From NCBI GenBank assembly GCA_963787015.1, contig CAWBBM010000033.1:44338-108337 (forward strand): 64,000 nt of DNA, given 5' to 3'. Below, piece by piece: positions 10,914 through 21,775 of the stretch. Position 1 is the first letter of the stretch, and every line of letters begins with the position of its first letter. The notes under the pieces are model-generated. The model searched no databases. It was given only the letters and a program-made list of their open reading frames with translations, and was not told the origin of the DNA. A program made the translations under genes and the position numbers. Source of the stretch: an uncultured Bacillaceae bacterium (lineage in GTDB: Bacteria > Bacillota > Bacilli > Bacillales > Bacillaceae_B).

Positions 10914-10952
10914 AATATACCGTCTCGATCCTCGTGACGGTATATTTTTTTT
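10914..10952 (+). terminator. nadBCA terminator
   Basis: ATACCGTC..GACGGTAT stem plus T8. Confidence 0.85.
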
Positions 10953-11041
10953 GGCTATCTCATAAGTTTTTATGTAGATGAATAGCAATTTGCCTATCTT
11001 GTCATAGGATATATAGACTTATGCCTGAGGAGGGAAAAAGA

Positions 11042-12598
11042 GTGAAAATCCATATTGTTCAAAAAGGAGATACTCTTTGGAAAATCGCCAAGAAGTATGG
11101 CGTGAATTTCGAAGAATTAAAACAGATGAATGCCCAGCTTTCAAACCCGGATATGATTATGCCGGGAATGAAGATCAAAGTGCCGACTACAGGCGGTTCC
11201 GTAAAAAAAGAGACACAAATCAAATACGGATCCAAGGAAATGCCTATGAAGGAGATGCCTAAAGCGGAGCATCCATTCAAAGAGCAAAAACCTATGGCCA
11301 TGCCTGTACAAGAACCAAAGAAAGAAAAGCCGAAAGAAGCACAAAAGCCATTTGCCCCAAAAATGCCTCAACCCGTGGTTCCGGAAATCGATATTAACAA
11401 CTACTACATGATGAATATGGCGAACATGCAGGTGCAACAGCCGAAACAGCAGGCGAAACCAAAACCAAAACCACAATCGCCGCCTAAACCTACCAATGTA
11501 CTTCCGAAAGCAAAAGAACAGCCAAAGCCAAAACCGAAACAAGAAGCCGTAAAAGGTGTTCAAGAGGAAGAAAGCTTACAAATGCCACCACAACCACAAG
11601 GAGGGAACACCCAGCCTATGTATTATAATCCGAATAATTGTGTACCTGTATCACCAGTCATGCCGGGACCAGGTTTCGGGCCGCAGCATGGAGGAATGAA
11701 TCCAGGAGCGGGATATGGGATGCCAATGGGTCAAGGAATGCCAATGGGCCCTATGAATCAGGTTCAAGGTGCTCAGTCGATGCCGGGAATGCAGAACATG
11801 CCAATGATGCAACAAATGGGATATGATGAAGAATCTTCGTCTGTTATGCCATACATGCCAAATGGGCAGATGCCGATGCAACAGCCGATGCAGATGCCAA
11901 TGCACATGCAGCAGCCAATGCAACAACCGATGCAGATGCCGATGCACATGCAGCAGCCAATGCAACAACCGATGGGTCAGCCATCTGGCGTAATGGGTGC
12001 TTCCGATGAAGATGATTACCCAACTGCTCAAATGCCTCAGCAGCCTATGATGTATCCTCAAAATTGTTATCCGGTCTCGCCTGTCATGCCGGGATCTGGA
12101 TTCAATTGTGGGATGCCAGGAGGATATCCGATGGGTCCAGGAGGTCAAGTGCAAGGAGCTATGTCAGAAGAGTCTCAGCCTATGATGAACGGATACCAAA
12201 TGCCGATGGGTCAGCCGTCAAATGTAATGGGAGCACAAATGCCGATGGGTCAACCATCAAATGTAATGGGAGCAAGTGATCAGGGTGACTGTGGATGCGG
12301 TGGTCCTCAAGGATATGGCCAGATGATGCACCATCCGATGATGCAACAGCAAATGCCCCAAGGAATGCAGCAACACCCCTATGGCTTTGGACCAGGAATG
12401 ATGGGCCAAGGAATGCCTGGCCAAGGAATGCAGGTGGGACCTCACGGGCAGGGAATGGGAATGCCGATGGGGCCACAAGGTGGTCAAGGGATGCCAATGG
12501 GACCTCAAGGTCAGGGAATGCAAATGGGACCTCAAGGAATGTTCGGTCCAAGAGCATTTGCAATGCCGAATTTCAATGATGACGACTTTGAAGGATAA
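11042..12598 (+). CDS. safA: Spore coat assembly protein SafA (N-terminal LysM; M/P/Q/G-rich repetitive body)
   Basis: VKIHIVQKGDTLWKIAKKYGVNFEELKQMNAQLSNPDMIMPGMKIKVP is close to the B. subtilis SafA LysM domain. GTG 11042 lies 7 nt after GAGGAGGG. The C-terminal DCGCGG motif is conserved. Confidence 0.92.
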   Translation: MKIHIVQKGDTLWKIAKKYGVNFEELKQMNAQLSNPDMIMPGMKIKVPTTGGSVKKETQIKYGSKEMPMKEMPKAEHPFKEQKPMAMPVQEPKKEKPKEAQKPFAPKMPQPVVPEIDINNYYMMNMANMQVQQPKQQAKPKPKPQSPPKPTNVLPKAKEQPKPKPKQEAVKGVQEEESLQMPPQPQGGNTQPMYYNPNNCVPVSPVMPGPGFGPQHGGMNPGAGYGMPMGQGMPMGPMNQVQGAQSMPGMQNMPMMQQMGYDEESSSVMPYMPNGQMPMQQPMQMPMHMQQPMQQPMQMPMHMQQPMQQPMGQPSGVMGASDEDDYPTAQMPQQPMMYPQNCYPVSPVMPGSGFNCGMPGGYPMGPGGQVQGAMSEESQPMMNGYQMPMGQPSNVMGAQMPMGQPSNVMGASDQGDCGCGGPQGYGQMMHHPMMQQQMPQGMQQHPYGFGPGMMGQGMPGQGMQVGPHGQGMGMPMGPQGGQGMPMGPQGQGMQMGPQGMFGPRAFAMPNFNDDDFEG

Positions 12599-12599
12599 C

Positions 12600-13574
12600 A
12601 TGCTTGCACGAGGGGACGATTATTCATATCGTCTCCTTTCTTATTTGCAAATTAAGTTACGGGATCCCGGAGCCTCCTTGAAACGGATTAAAGAAGGGAA
12701 GTGGGTGTTGAAAAGCAATGGGAGAAAATGGTTTGTGAAACGATTCCCCAATCAATTGAAATTCATGCTGCAGGAACGTTTGATTTCAACCTTGTTAAGA
12801 GAGAATTTCCACCATGTCCTTCCATTTCATCCTATCCATGAAAGGGAAATGTTACTGTTTGAAGGATTTCCGATTGGTATTACTACCTGGCTAGAAACGT
12901 CCGGCCCTATAAGCTATGATCAATCAAAAGATCGTAGAGATGCGTTGCATGTATTGAAGAAATTTCATTCTGTCTCCAAGACCATTCATCAATCATGGAC
13001 TGAAGAGGTCCCCCAGTACAAATGGTTAAAAAAATGGAAAAAACGGATGATGCAGTTTCAATATAACCTTCCCTACTTGCAAGCATTCATTCAACCTTAT
13101 TATTTGTATACTTATTTAGAATGGGGAAAGTGGGCATTGAAGGAATTAAAGTCGATCGGGATTTTTGATTTTGGAAAATGTATTACCCATGGAGATGTAG
13201 CACACCATAATTTTTTAAGGGGACAAAATGGGATCGTGTACATGATTGACTTTGATTTAATGTCTCATTCAACTGAAATGACCGATGATCTCCAATATTG
13301 CAACCGCATTTTACCTCATGTGAATTGGTCCCTCTCTAAGATCAAGGATATAGAAGCATTTCATTCTTATGAAGATCAGCTTATCTTTTACCTTGGATTG
13401 ATGTATCCGACAGATGTGTTCAGGGAATGGAACCGGTTTATTCGTGAAGATCAATACTATAAACAGAGGGTGTGGGGCTATTTAATGAATTTAACGATTC
13501 AACAATTTCCAGGTCGCATGCAATTCAATCAAGAGCTTCATGGAGAAGTGAAGCGAATCAATACCCAATTGTAG
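12600..13574 (+). CDS. CotS/YsxE-like spore-coat protein with a kinase (aminoglycoside phosphotransferase) fold
   Basis: Catalytic-loop motif ITHGDVAHHNFL and the IDFD motif. ATG 12600 is 1 nt after the safA stop. The track start 12480 lies inside safA. Confidence 0.7.
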   Translation: MLARGDDYSYRLLSYLQIKLRDPGASLKRIKEGKWVLKSNGRKWFVKRFPNQLKFMLQERLISTLLRENFHHVLPFHPIHEREMLLFEGFPIGITTWLETSGPISYDQSKDRRDALHVLKKFHSVSKTIHQSWTEEVPQYKWLKKWKKRMMQFQYNLPYLQAFIQPYYLYTYLEWGKWALKELKSIGIFDFGKCITHGDVAHHNFLRGQNGIVYMIDFDLMSHSTEMTDDLQYCNRILPHVNWSLSKIKDIEAFHSYEDQLIFYLGLMYPTDVFREWNRFIREDQYYKQRVWGYLMNLTIQQFPGRMQFNQELHGEVKRINTQL

Positions 13575-13676
13575 GGGATGAATCCAAACATTGATTGAAT
13601 GAAAGGGTGTCTCCTTTCACAACCTAATGGTGAGCAGAGAATATGCTCAAGTATTGGGTTGAAGGAGGAATCACCA

Positions 13677-14414
13677 TTGAATAAACGATTATTCATGGTC
13701 CCATTAACAGCCGTCATGACGCTGGGTCTTACAGCATGTAATAGTGGTGAAGAAAAAGCACAAGATCGTTATACAGACTCCTATGAGCCTCTTGGGTACT
13801 ACTCAAACGAAGGCCATGGTGGAGATAAACGGGATGAAAGGGACGGACCTCTGACTGAAATGTATGATCATTCTGTTGGAAAAGAGGGGCAGGATATCCG
13901 AGATAAAAAACGCAAATTCCTTCAAGTCAAGGATGAAAACGGAAATTCTCAAAATCCTTCAAGTCCACTTGCTAGTTATGATGAGAATTTCTTAGCTCAA
14001 GATGGTCGGGCAAGTCATGGGGATGCAAATTATCACGGTCATCTGGACGATAATACGCGACAAGCGAGAAGATCCTATTACACAGCTTATGAAGGGGATT
14101 TAGCTGAGAAAATAGGAGATGTGACCGGTAAGGTTGAGAACGTCAGTGACGTTCGTGCTGTCGCATATGGTTCTGATGTCCTCATTGCGGTCGAGCTTGA
14201 TGACCATAGCAAAATAGAGGAAACGAAAGCCCGAGTGAAAAAAGCCGTACAGCCTTACCTCCATGGAAGAACGGTTTCGGTGGTGACAGATGAGGGGACG
14301 TTCAGCCGGGTAAGAAACATCGATAATGATTTGCGTGACGGCGGCCCTAGAGAAGGAATTAACTTCGACATACACGATATGTTTAAGTCAGTGAAAAACC
14401 GCATCAATCAATAG
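13677..14414 (+). CDS. coxA: YhcN/YlaJ-family sporulation lipoprotein (CoxA/YrbB-like)
   Basis: TTG 13677 lies 7 nt after GAAGGAGGA. Lipobox LGLTAC is present. The C-terminal part VSDVRAVAYGSDVLIAVEL.. is typical of the YhcN/YlaJ family. The position is the same as coxA downstream of safA. Confidence 0.7.
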   Translation: MNKRLFMVPLTAVMTLGLTACNSGEEKAQDRYTDSYEPLGYYSNEGHGGDKRDERDGPLTEMYDHSVGKEGQDIRDKKRKFLQVKDENGNSQNPSSPLASYDENFLAQDGRASHGDANYHGHLDDNTRQARRSYYTAYEGDLAEKIGDVTGKVENVSDVRAVAYGSDVLIAVELDDHSKIEETKARVKKAVQPYLHGRTVSVVTDEGTFSRVRNIDNDLRDGGPREGINFDIHDMFKSVKNRINQ

Positions 14415-14426
14415 CGAGAATCGACT

Positions 14427-14462
14427 ACTAATAGAGAGTGATCTCTTTAGTGGTCTTTTTTT
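14427..14462 (+). terminator. Probable terminator after the coxA-like gene
   Basis: Imperfect stem ACTAATAGAGAG / CTCTTTAGTGG followed by T7. Confidence 0.55.
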
Positions 14463-14617
14463 CTTCTGAATGTAAGTGCACAACTGATTCACATGCGCAT
14501 TCATATATTCTCCGAAGAGGTCCGTCCCTAAAAAAATTCGAAGAGTGGATATTCTAAACAGGGTTTGGTAAGACTAGTGGATAGAGTGTTACATAAATTA
14601 AGTTCGAGGTGATCACG

Positions 14618-15166
14618 ATGACGATGAAGGTTCGAATCGTGTTTATGGTGATGTTGTTAATCGGTGCTTTTTACTTCACGTTCTTTTATACAGATGAGAA
14701 GCAGGCGGCGGATGGAAGCTCTCTTCTTGAGCTGAATGAAACGCCTGCTGAGGTCGCATCCGCTCACACGATCACGGTTATACTTGAGAGAGTGTATCTT
14801 GATGGTGAAGTGAGTGAGGAAATCGTACAGGAAACGATTTGGAGCATGGAGGACTTCTTTGCAGCCTATGAACAGTGGCAGTTGATGGATATGACCGAGG
14901 ATCAAGTTGTGTTCCAAAAACAAGTAGATGATATCTCTCCTCTCTTGAAGACGAATGGATACTTTGGTATATCCGATAATGGTGTCCTCTCCATTTTCAA
15001 CGGCAAACCGGGGCAGGCAGAGATCATTCAATCTTTCTTCCAAATCGATGTTGAAAAACTTGAAAGTAAACGGCATGATGATTTGGTCAACGGCATCCCG
15101 ATTAAGTCCAAGCAAGAATATGAAGAGGTTCTCGAACAATATAAAGCTTATTCGGTTCCTAAATAA
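14618..15166 (+). CDS. bofC: Bypass-of-forespore protein BofC
   Basis: ..LERVYLDGEVS..DDISPLLKTNGYFGISDNGVLSIF..IQSFFQIDVEKLES.. aligns along the length of B. subtilis BofC. ATG 14618 lies 6 nt after GAGGTG. Confidence 0.88.
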   Translation: MTMKVRIVFMVMLLIGAFYFTFFYTDEKQAADGSSLLELNETPAEVASAHTITVILERVYLDGEVSEEIVQETIWSMEDFFAAYEQWQLMDMTEDQVVFQKQVDDISPLLKTNGYFGISDNGVLSIFNGKPGQAEIIQSFFQIDVEKLESKRHDDLVNGIPIKSKQEYEEVLEQYKAYSVPK

Positions 15167-15173
15167 GAGTGAG

Positions 15174-15202
15174 AAACCAGTGCGTAAGCTACTGGTTTTT
15201 TT
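15174..15202 (+). terminator. bofC terminator
   Basis: AAACCAGT-GCGTAAGCT-ACTGGTTT plus T-run. Confidence 0.85.
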
Positions 15203-15248
15203 ATCATGTACGTTCCCTCTCCCAATCCTTTTTGGAATCTGATAAACT

Positions 15249-15264
15249 TAGAACAAGTGTTTGA
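15249..15264. promoter_or_regulatory. Possible LexA (Cheo) box upstream of ruvAB
   Basis: TAGAACAAGTGTTTGA contains GAAC-N4-GTTT, against the consensus CGAAC-N4-GTTCG. It lies about 130 nt upstream of ruvA. Confidence 0.3.
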
Positions 15265-15390
15265 TTTCGGCCTATCTTTCCCTCCGTTTTAAATAGTGAT
15301 ATGATACAATAGGTTTTATATGACTTTTTAGAGAAGCATGACGGACGTTAGATAAATAGTGATCATGTGAGCACATAGGGAGCGAATGGA

Positions 15391-16002
15391 ATGTATGAAT
15401 ATATAAGAGGGACGGTTAATCAAGTGGGTCCCGAGTATGTTGTTGTGGAGAATAATGGAATCGGGTATCAACTATATACGGCGAACCCGTTTGTTTATTC
15501 AAAGTATCAAAATCAAGAGATTCAGATTTTTACATATCAACATGTGAGGGAGGATCTTATTGCCCTTTACGGGTTCCTGGCAATCGAAGAGAAGTTACTC
15601 TTTATGAAACTATTAAATGTTTCCGGGATTGGTCCCAAGGGGGCTTTGGCGATTTTGGCGTCTGGAGCCCCCCAGCAGGTAATCACGGCCATTGAAGAAG
15701 AGAATGAGAGCTTCTTAACGAAGTTTCCAGGTGTAGGTAAGAAGACGGCCCGTCAGATGATCCTTGATTTAAAAGGGAAGCTGCAGGATGTAGTGCCAGA
15801 TTATTTTCCGAATTTATTCTCGGACCCTGAGGAAAGAGACGTTTCAGATGGGAAAGACGAGGCATTCGATGAAGCGATTCTGGCCCTTAAAGCGTTGGGG
15901 TATTCCGAACGGGAAATTAAGAAGATCACTCCTAAGCTAAAAGGTGAAGGCCATACGTCTGACGAAATCATCAGGAAAGCTCTTCAGCTTCTATTGAAAT
16001 AA
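15391..16002 (+). CDS. ruvA: Holliday junction branch-migration complex subunit RuvA
   Basis: [15 protein letters not shown].. is the RuvA N-terminus. HhH motifs GIGPKGA and PGVGKKTA are present. Confidence 0.96.
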   Translation: MYEYIRGTVNQVGPEYVVVENNGIGYQLYTANPFVYSKYQNQEIQIFTYQHVREDLIALYGFLAIEEKLLFMKLLNVSGIGPKGALAILASGAPQQVITAIEEENESFLTKFPGVGKKTARQMILDLKGKLQDVVPDYFPNLFSDPEERDVSDGKDEAFDEAILALKALGYSEREIKKITPKLKGEGHTSDEIIRKALQLLLK

Positions 16003-16030
16003 GTGGATTCTTCGAAAGGGGGAGATCTAT

Positions 16031-17032
16031 TTGGAAGAAAGAATCGTATCAGGTGAATCAGAAATAAATGAGGATTCCTTTGAATATTCCTTGCGTCCAC
16101 AGACAATAAAACAATATATTGGGCAAGATAAAGTGAAGAATAATCTGGAGGTTTTCATTGAAGCAGCAAAGATGCGACAAGAAACCCTCGATCACGTCCT
16201 CCTTTACGGTCCACCAGGATTGGGTAAGACGACCCTTGCGGCTGTCATTGCAAATGAGATGGGCGTGAACATGCGCACAACGAGTGGACCAGCCATCGAG
16301 AGACCCGGGGATTTAGCTGCAGTACTGACGGCACTCGAGCCTGGTGATGTATTGTTCATCGATGAAATCCACCGTTTGCCAAGAGCCATTGAAGAGGTTC
16401 TGTATCCTGCAATGGAAGATTTTTGTTTAGATATTGTCATTGGGAATGGCCCCAGTGCACGTTCTGTTCGTTTAGATCTCCCTCCATTCACATTGGTGGG
16501 GGCAACAACCCGTGCAGGTGCACTCTCTGCCCCGCTGCGGGATCGATTTGGTGTTTTATGCCGTTTGGAATATTATAATGAAGAGCAATTAAATGAAATT
16601 GTTCAGCGGACGGCTACGATCTTAAACACAACAATCGAAGCGACTGCGTCTGAAGAATTGGCACGACGCTCAAGGGGGACCCCGCGGATTGCCAATCGAT
16701 TATTACGTAGGGTAAGGGATTTTGCCCAAGTGAAGGGGAATGGTGATATTACCACCACTCTTTCACGGGAAGCACTTGAGCTTCTTCAAGTGGATAAGCT
16801 GGGTCTTGACCATATCGATCATAAGCTACTGAAAGGGATCATCGAGCGCTTCCGGGGCGGACCTGTTGGACTCGATACCATTGCAGCAAGCATCGGCGAA
16901 GAGTCCCATACGATTGAAGACGTATACGAGCCGTTCCTTTTGCAAATTGGATTCATCCAACGGACACCAAGAGGAAGGATCGTGACTCATCTCGTGTACG
17001 AACATTTTCAATTGGAGGTGCCGAACAAGTGA
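16031..17032 (+). CDS. ruvB: Holliday junction ATP-dependent DNA helicase RuvB
   Basis: [30 protein letters not shown].. is a AAA+ sequence. The start codon is TTG. Confidence 0.97.
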   Translation: MEERIVSGESEINEDSFEYSLRPQTIKQYIGQDKVKNNLEVFIEAAKMRQETLDHVLLYGPPGLGKTTLAAVIANEMGVNMRTTSGPAIERPGDLAAVLTALEPGDVLFIDEIHRLPRAIEEVLYPAMEDFCLDIVIGNGPSARSVRLDLPPFTLVGATTRAGALSAPLRDRFGVLCRLEYYNEEQLNEIVQRTATILNTTIEATASEELARRSRGTPRIANRLLRRVRDFAQVKGNGDITTTLSREALELLQVDKLGLDHIDHKLLKGIIERFRGGPVGLDTIAASIGEESHTIEDVYEPFLLQIGFIQRTPRGRIVTHLVYEHFQLEVPNK

Positions 17033-17235
17033 CGGGATTGCCTAAATTATTGATGATTATTGGTGGAATCATTCTCATCATTGGTTTCCTTATGCAATTT
17101 ATCAAAATAGGTAGGCTTCCTCTGGATATCATCGTAAAAAAAGAAAATACAACATTTTATTTTCCACTTATGACTTCTATCCTGTTAAGTGTTATACTTT
17201 CGGTTGTCTTTTATATTATCGGACGATTTAAATAG
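17029..17235 (+). CDS. Small membrane protein, DUF2905 family
   Basis: 68 aa with two TM segments and the GRLPLDI motif. There is a 4-nt overlap with the ruvB stop. Confidence 0.7.
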   Translation: MTGLPKLLMIIGGIILIIGFLMQFIKIGRLPLDIIVKKENTTFYFPLMTSILLSVILSVVFYIIGRFK

Positions 17236-17274
17236 GACTCATTAGTGAGATTTTAATAAGCTAGGTGACATACT

Positions 17275-18300
17275 GTGAAAGTAGAAGATTTTGATTTTCA
17301 TTTACCAGAAGAACTGATTGCCCAGACTCCTCTGGAAAATCGCTCTGAAAGTAGATTAATGGTGTTGGATAAAGAAGATGGGTCCATGGACCATCTCCGC
17401 TTTAAGAATATCGTTGATTACCTTCAAAAAGGGGATTGCCTCGTACTAAATGACACGAGAGTACTACCTGCACGTCTTTTTGGACAAAAAGAAGATACGG
17501 GCGCCAACATCGAGGTGCTACTGTTGAAGCAGGAGGACGGAGACAGGTGGGAGACCCTTGTGAAACCTGCCAAACGGATTCGTGTGGGAACGGAGATTGT
17601 GTTCGGTGACGGTCAATTAAAAGCAACCTGTGTAGGTCTAAAAGAACATGGTGGAAGAATCCTTGAATTTCAGTATGAAGGAATCTTCTATGAGGTTCTG
17701 GATGATCTGGGTGAAATGCCACTTCCCCCATACATTCGTGAACGGTTGGAAGAACAGGATCGCTATCAAACGGTCTTTGCCCGGGAAAGAGGTTCCGCGG
17801 CTGCACCGACAGCTGGCCTTCACTTTACGGAAGAACTGTTGGATGAACTGCGAGCGAAGGGTGTACATATTGCATTTATTACGCTTCATGTAGGGTTGGG
17901 GACGTTCCGGCCCGTGTCAGTGGATACGATTGAAGACCATGATATGCATGCAGAGTTCTATCAGGTATCTGAAGGGACGGCCCGCCTTCTAAACGAGGTG
18001 AAAGCAAATGGAGGACGGATCATCACAGTCGGCACAACGTCGACCCGAACTCTTGAAACCATTGCTACTAAGCACGGGAGCTTCATAGAGGAGAATGGCT
18101 GGACCAATATATTCATTTATCCTGGGTATGAGTTTAAAGGGATCGATGGATTAATTACGAATTTTCATTTACCGAAATCGACCCTGATCATGCTGGTCAG
18201 CGCGTTTGCCGGACAGGAAAACGTCATGCATGCCTATGAAACGGCCGTCAAAGAACAATACCGCTTCTTCAGCTTTGGCGACGCGATGTTTATTAAATAG
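17275..18300 (+). CDS. queA: S-adenosylmethionine:tRNA ribosyltransferase-isomerase
   Basis: [23 protein letters not shown].. is the QueA N-terminus. The start codon is GTG. Confidence 0.96.
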   Translation: MKVEDFDFHLPEELIAQTPLENRSESRLMVLDKEDGSMDHLRFKNIVDYLQKGDCLVLNDTRVLPARLFGQKEDTGANIEVLLLKQEDGDRWETLVKPAKRIRVGTEIVFGDGQLKATCVGLKEHGGRILEFQYEGIFYEVLDDLGEMPLPPYIRERLEEQDRYQTVFARERGSAAAPTAGLHFTEELLDELRAKGVHIAFITLHVGLGTFRPVSVDTIEDHDMHAEFYQVSEGTARLLNEVKANGGRIITVGTTSTRTLETIATKHGSFIEENGWTNIFIYPGYEFKGIDGLITNFHLPKSTLIMLVSAFAGQENVMHAYETAVKEQYRFFSFGDAMFIK

Positions 18301-18311
18301 AGATATGTTGA

Positions 18312-19496
<1,185 letters not shown>

Positions 19497-19538
19497 AAGC
19501 CAAGATATACATAAACAATTGAAAGGAGGGGAAAAAGA

Positions 19539-19808
19539 ATGGGAAGTTTAGGAACAATACTACCTTTGATATTAATGTTCGTACTGTTTTACTTTTTACT
19601 GATCCGTCCTCAGCAAAAGCGTCAAAAATCGATCTCTAAAATGCAAAATGAGCTTGCGAAGGGTGATAGAATCATCACGATCGGTGGTTTACATGGATCG
19701 ATTGATGCTATCGAAGAAGGTAAAATAGTCATTCTCTGTGGTGACGGCAGCCGTCTTACATATGATCGTAATTCGATCAGAGAAGTTGTTAAAGCTGAAC
19801 AAGTGTAA
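19539..19808 (+). CDS. yajC: Preprotein translocase subunit YajC
   Basis: 89 aa with a TM segment followed by RPQQKRQK, typical of YajC. Confidence 0.92.
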   Translation: MGSLGTILPLILMFVLFYFLLIRPQQKRQKSISKMQNELAKGDRIITIGGLHGSIDAIEEGKIVILCGDGSRLTYDRNSIREVVKAEQV

Positions 19809-19812
19809 CAAA

Positions 19813-19868
19813 GAAAGGGTTCCTCCACAAAGTGCCATGGCACTTTGGGAGGGACCCTCTTTTTTTGA
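19813..19868. terminator. Bidirectional nested hairpin terminator between yajC and the convergent yrzE-like gene
   Basis: AGGGTTCCTCC..GGAGGGACCCT encloses the palindrome CAAAGTGCCATGGCACTTTG. A T-run follows. Confidence 0.8.
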
Positions 19869-19878
19869 TGATAGCGGG

Positions 19879-20250
19879 CTAATTTTCTCTTGTCCCGCCA
19901 CTCATGTTCACACCAAGAATACCGCCCATCATGGCTGTGAGGATGTAGCAGGCTTGATAGATGAGCTGTTCCATTGAAAATAGACTATCATACCCCAGAT
20001 ATTGAAATAAGAAAATGACCAGGGTGTAAATAAGGCCTGTCGAGCCTCCGAGCACCCATCCTTTTGTCTTTCCTTTCCCACCTGACATAAATCCCCCGAT
20101 AAATAAAGAAAGAAATGAAATGATCGTAACAAATAACGTGATCGAGTTTTCCGTAAGATCAGTAAACCGGAGCAGTAAAGAGAATACTAGGCTTGCGACA
20201 ATCGCTATGACAAATATGGTGGTTGCGCCATAAAGTACGGCACCACCCAT
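19879..20250 (-). CDS. yrzE: TIGR04086/YrzE-like integral membrane protein
   Basis: 123 aa with four TM segments and the GGFMSGGKGKTKGW motif. Synteny with B. subtilis yrzE. Confidence 0.7.
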   Translation of the reverse strand: MGGAVLYGATTIFVIAIVASLVFSLLLRFTDLTENSITLFVTIISFLSLFIGGFMSGGKGKTKGWVLGGSTGLIYTLVIFLFQYLGYDSLFSMEQLIYQACYILTAMMGGILGVNMSGGTREN

Positions 20251-20410
20251 TTTTTTTGCTTCGATGGCGGTCCTCCCCCTTCTATCCTAATGAATTTTAT
20301 TCCGTATTAGTACAAGCATATTCACTCTCTACATGAAAAAGACTAGAAATTTTCTGTAGCCAAGCCTCATAGACTAGTATGAAACTTCCTGGAGAAGGAG
20401 GAGTGTGACT

Positions 20411-21706
20411 ATGTCTCCGATGATTGTATTAATCGTGTTCGTTTCTGTATATATCCTTTTGATGACAGAGAAGTGGAATCGGGTGTTGGCTGCCATGACC
20501 GGAGGAGTCGCCATGCTATTAATTGGGGCTTTTCCAATTGAGAAGGCCCTGTTTACGTATATTGATTGGAAAACCATCACCCTGTTGTTTTCCATGATGC
20601 TCATCGTAACGATAACGAGTAAGACGGGGGTGTTCGAGTATATTGCCATCCTCATCGCTCAGTTGGTGAACGGGAATGGACTGGCTCTCCTGGTCCTTTT
20701 TTCCGCTCTTGCGGCCCTTGGGTCTGCGTTTTTGGCAAATGTGACGATCGCTATGCTACTCGTGCCGATTTTGTTCAAACTGACAAGGATCCTTGAACTT
20801 CCACCCATTCCCTTTCTAATTATGACGATCCTTTCTTGTAATATAGGGGGGACTGCGACCTTGATTGGCGATCCACCGAATATGATGATCGGCCAGGCAG
20901 TCAAGCACTTTACGTTCAATGCCTTTCTTGAAAATTTAGTACCTGTTGTTTTGATGGTATATGTAGTGACGCTTGTAATCATGTGTGTTCTGTATAAGGA
21001 AGTGCTACATGTGAAGGAAGACAGGAAGCTACTTCTGAAAGGAATCAATCCTAAAGAGTATTTGCAGAAAAACAGAGGGTTGTTCCAGTCCATGTTTGTT
21101 CTTGCATTAGTGTTAGTGGGCTTTTCCGTGTATCCAATCTTTCACCTCGATGTGACCACGGTTTCCCTGGCTGGAGCCGTCTTGCTCATGCTGCTTCTAG
21201 AGAAGATTTATCCGCCTGAGAAGATATTAAGAGAGGTGGAATGGGGGACACTGTTTTTCTTTATGGGGTTATTCCTTCTTGTCGGAGGGATTGAAGAGGC
21301 TGGATTCATTGATGAGATTGCTCGGGAAATTCTGCGGGCAACCGATGGGGATATGAAGAAAACGGCATTTGTCATCTTGTGGGGAACAGGTATATTGTCA
21401 GCAGTTGTCGATAATATCCCCTTTGTTGCAGCTATGATTCCTGTCATACAGGAATTTGGTGAATTCGGTATGGTTAATATGGATCCTTTATGGTGGTCAT
21501 TGGCTCTCGGTGCCTGCCTGGGTGGGAACGGAACCTTACTTGGATCTTCTTCAAATCTTGTCATTGCAGGGCTTGCCTCTAAGGAAAATGTACATATTAA
21601 ATTTTATCACTATTTACTTATCGGAGTCCCGGTCACGATCATTTCTCTTGCTGTTTCCACTATTTATGTCTATTTCAAATACATCCGCCCCTTTATGGGT
21701 GGATAA
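20411..21706 (+). CDS. ArsB/NhaD-superfamily permease (citrate-transporter-like domain)
   Basis: About 430 aa polytopic protein with the motifs GGTATLIGDPPNMMI and LGGNGTLLGSSSNLV. ATG 20411 lies 7 nt after AAGGAGGAG. Confidence 0.75.
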   Translation: MSPMIVLIVFVSVYILLMTEKWNRVLAAMTGGVAMLLIGAFPIEKALFTYIDWKTITLLFSMMLIVTITSKTGVFEYIAILIAQLVNGNGLALLVLFSALAALGSAFLANVTIAMLLVPILFKLTRILELPPIPFLIMTILSCNIGGTATLIGDPPNMMIGQAVKHFTFNAFLENLVPVVLMVYVVTLVIMCVLYKEVLHVKEDRKLLLKGINPKEYLQKNRGLFQSMFVLALVLVGFSVYPIFHLDVTTVSLAGAVLLMLLLEKIYPPEKILREVEWGTLFFFMGLFLLVGGIEEAGFIDEIAREILRATDGDMKKTAFVILWGTGILSAVVDNIPFVAAMIPVIQEFGEFGMVNMDPLWWSLALGACLGGNGTLLGSSSNLVIAGLASKENVHIKFYHYLLIGVPVTIISLAVSTIYVYFKYIRPFMGG

Positions 21707-21775
21707 TTATTCCTCCGATTTATTTTCTCCTTCTGTTGATACTATATATTGACACGTGTACAGGAGGGAAAAGTA

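Noticed and set aside
12480-12599. 5' extension of the CotS-like ORF overlapping the last 119 nt of safA
   Set aside because: The extension is read from the repetitive GQGMPMGPQG-coding DNA in another frame. ATG 12600, just after the safA stop, has an SD-like GAAGGA upstream and begins the homologous part.
11059-12601. Eight alternative-frame and antisense ORFs (60-167 aa) inside safA
   Set aside because: They are low-complexity translations (H/R/L/W-rich) of the M/P/Q codon repeats, with no SDs and no recognisable domains. They are an artefact of the repeat composition.
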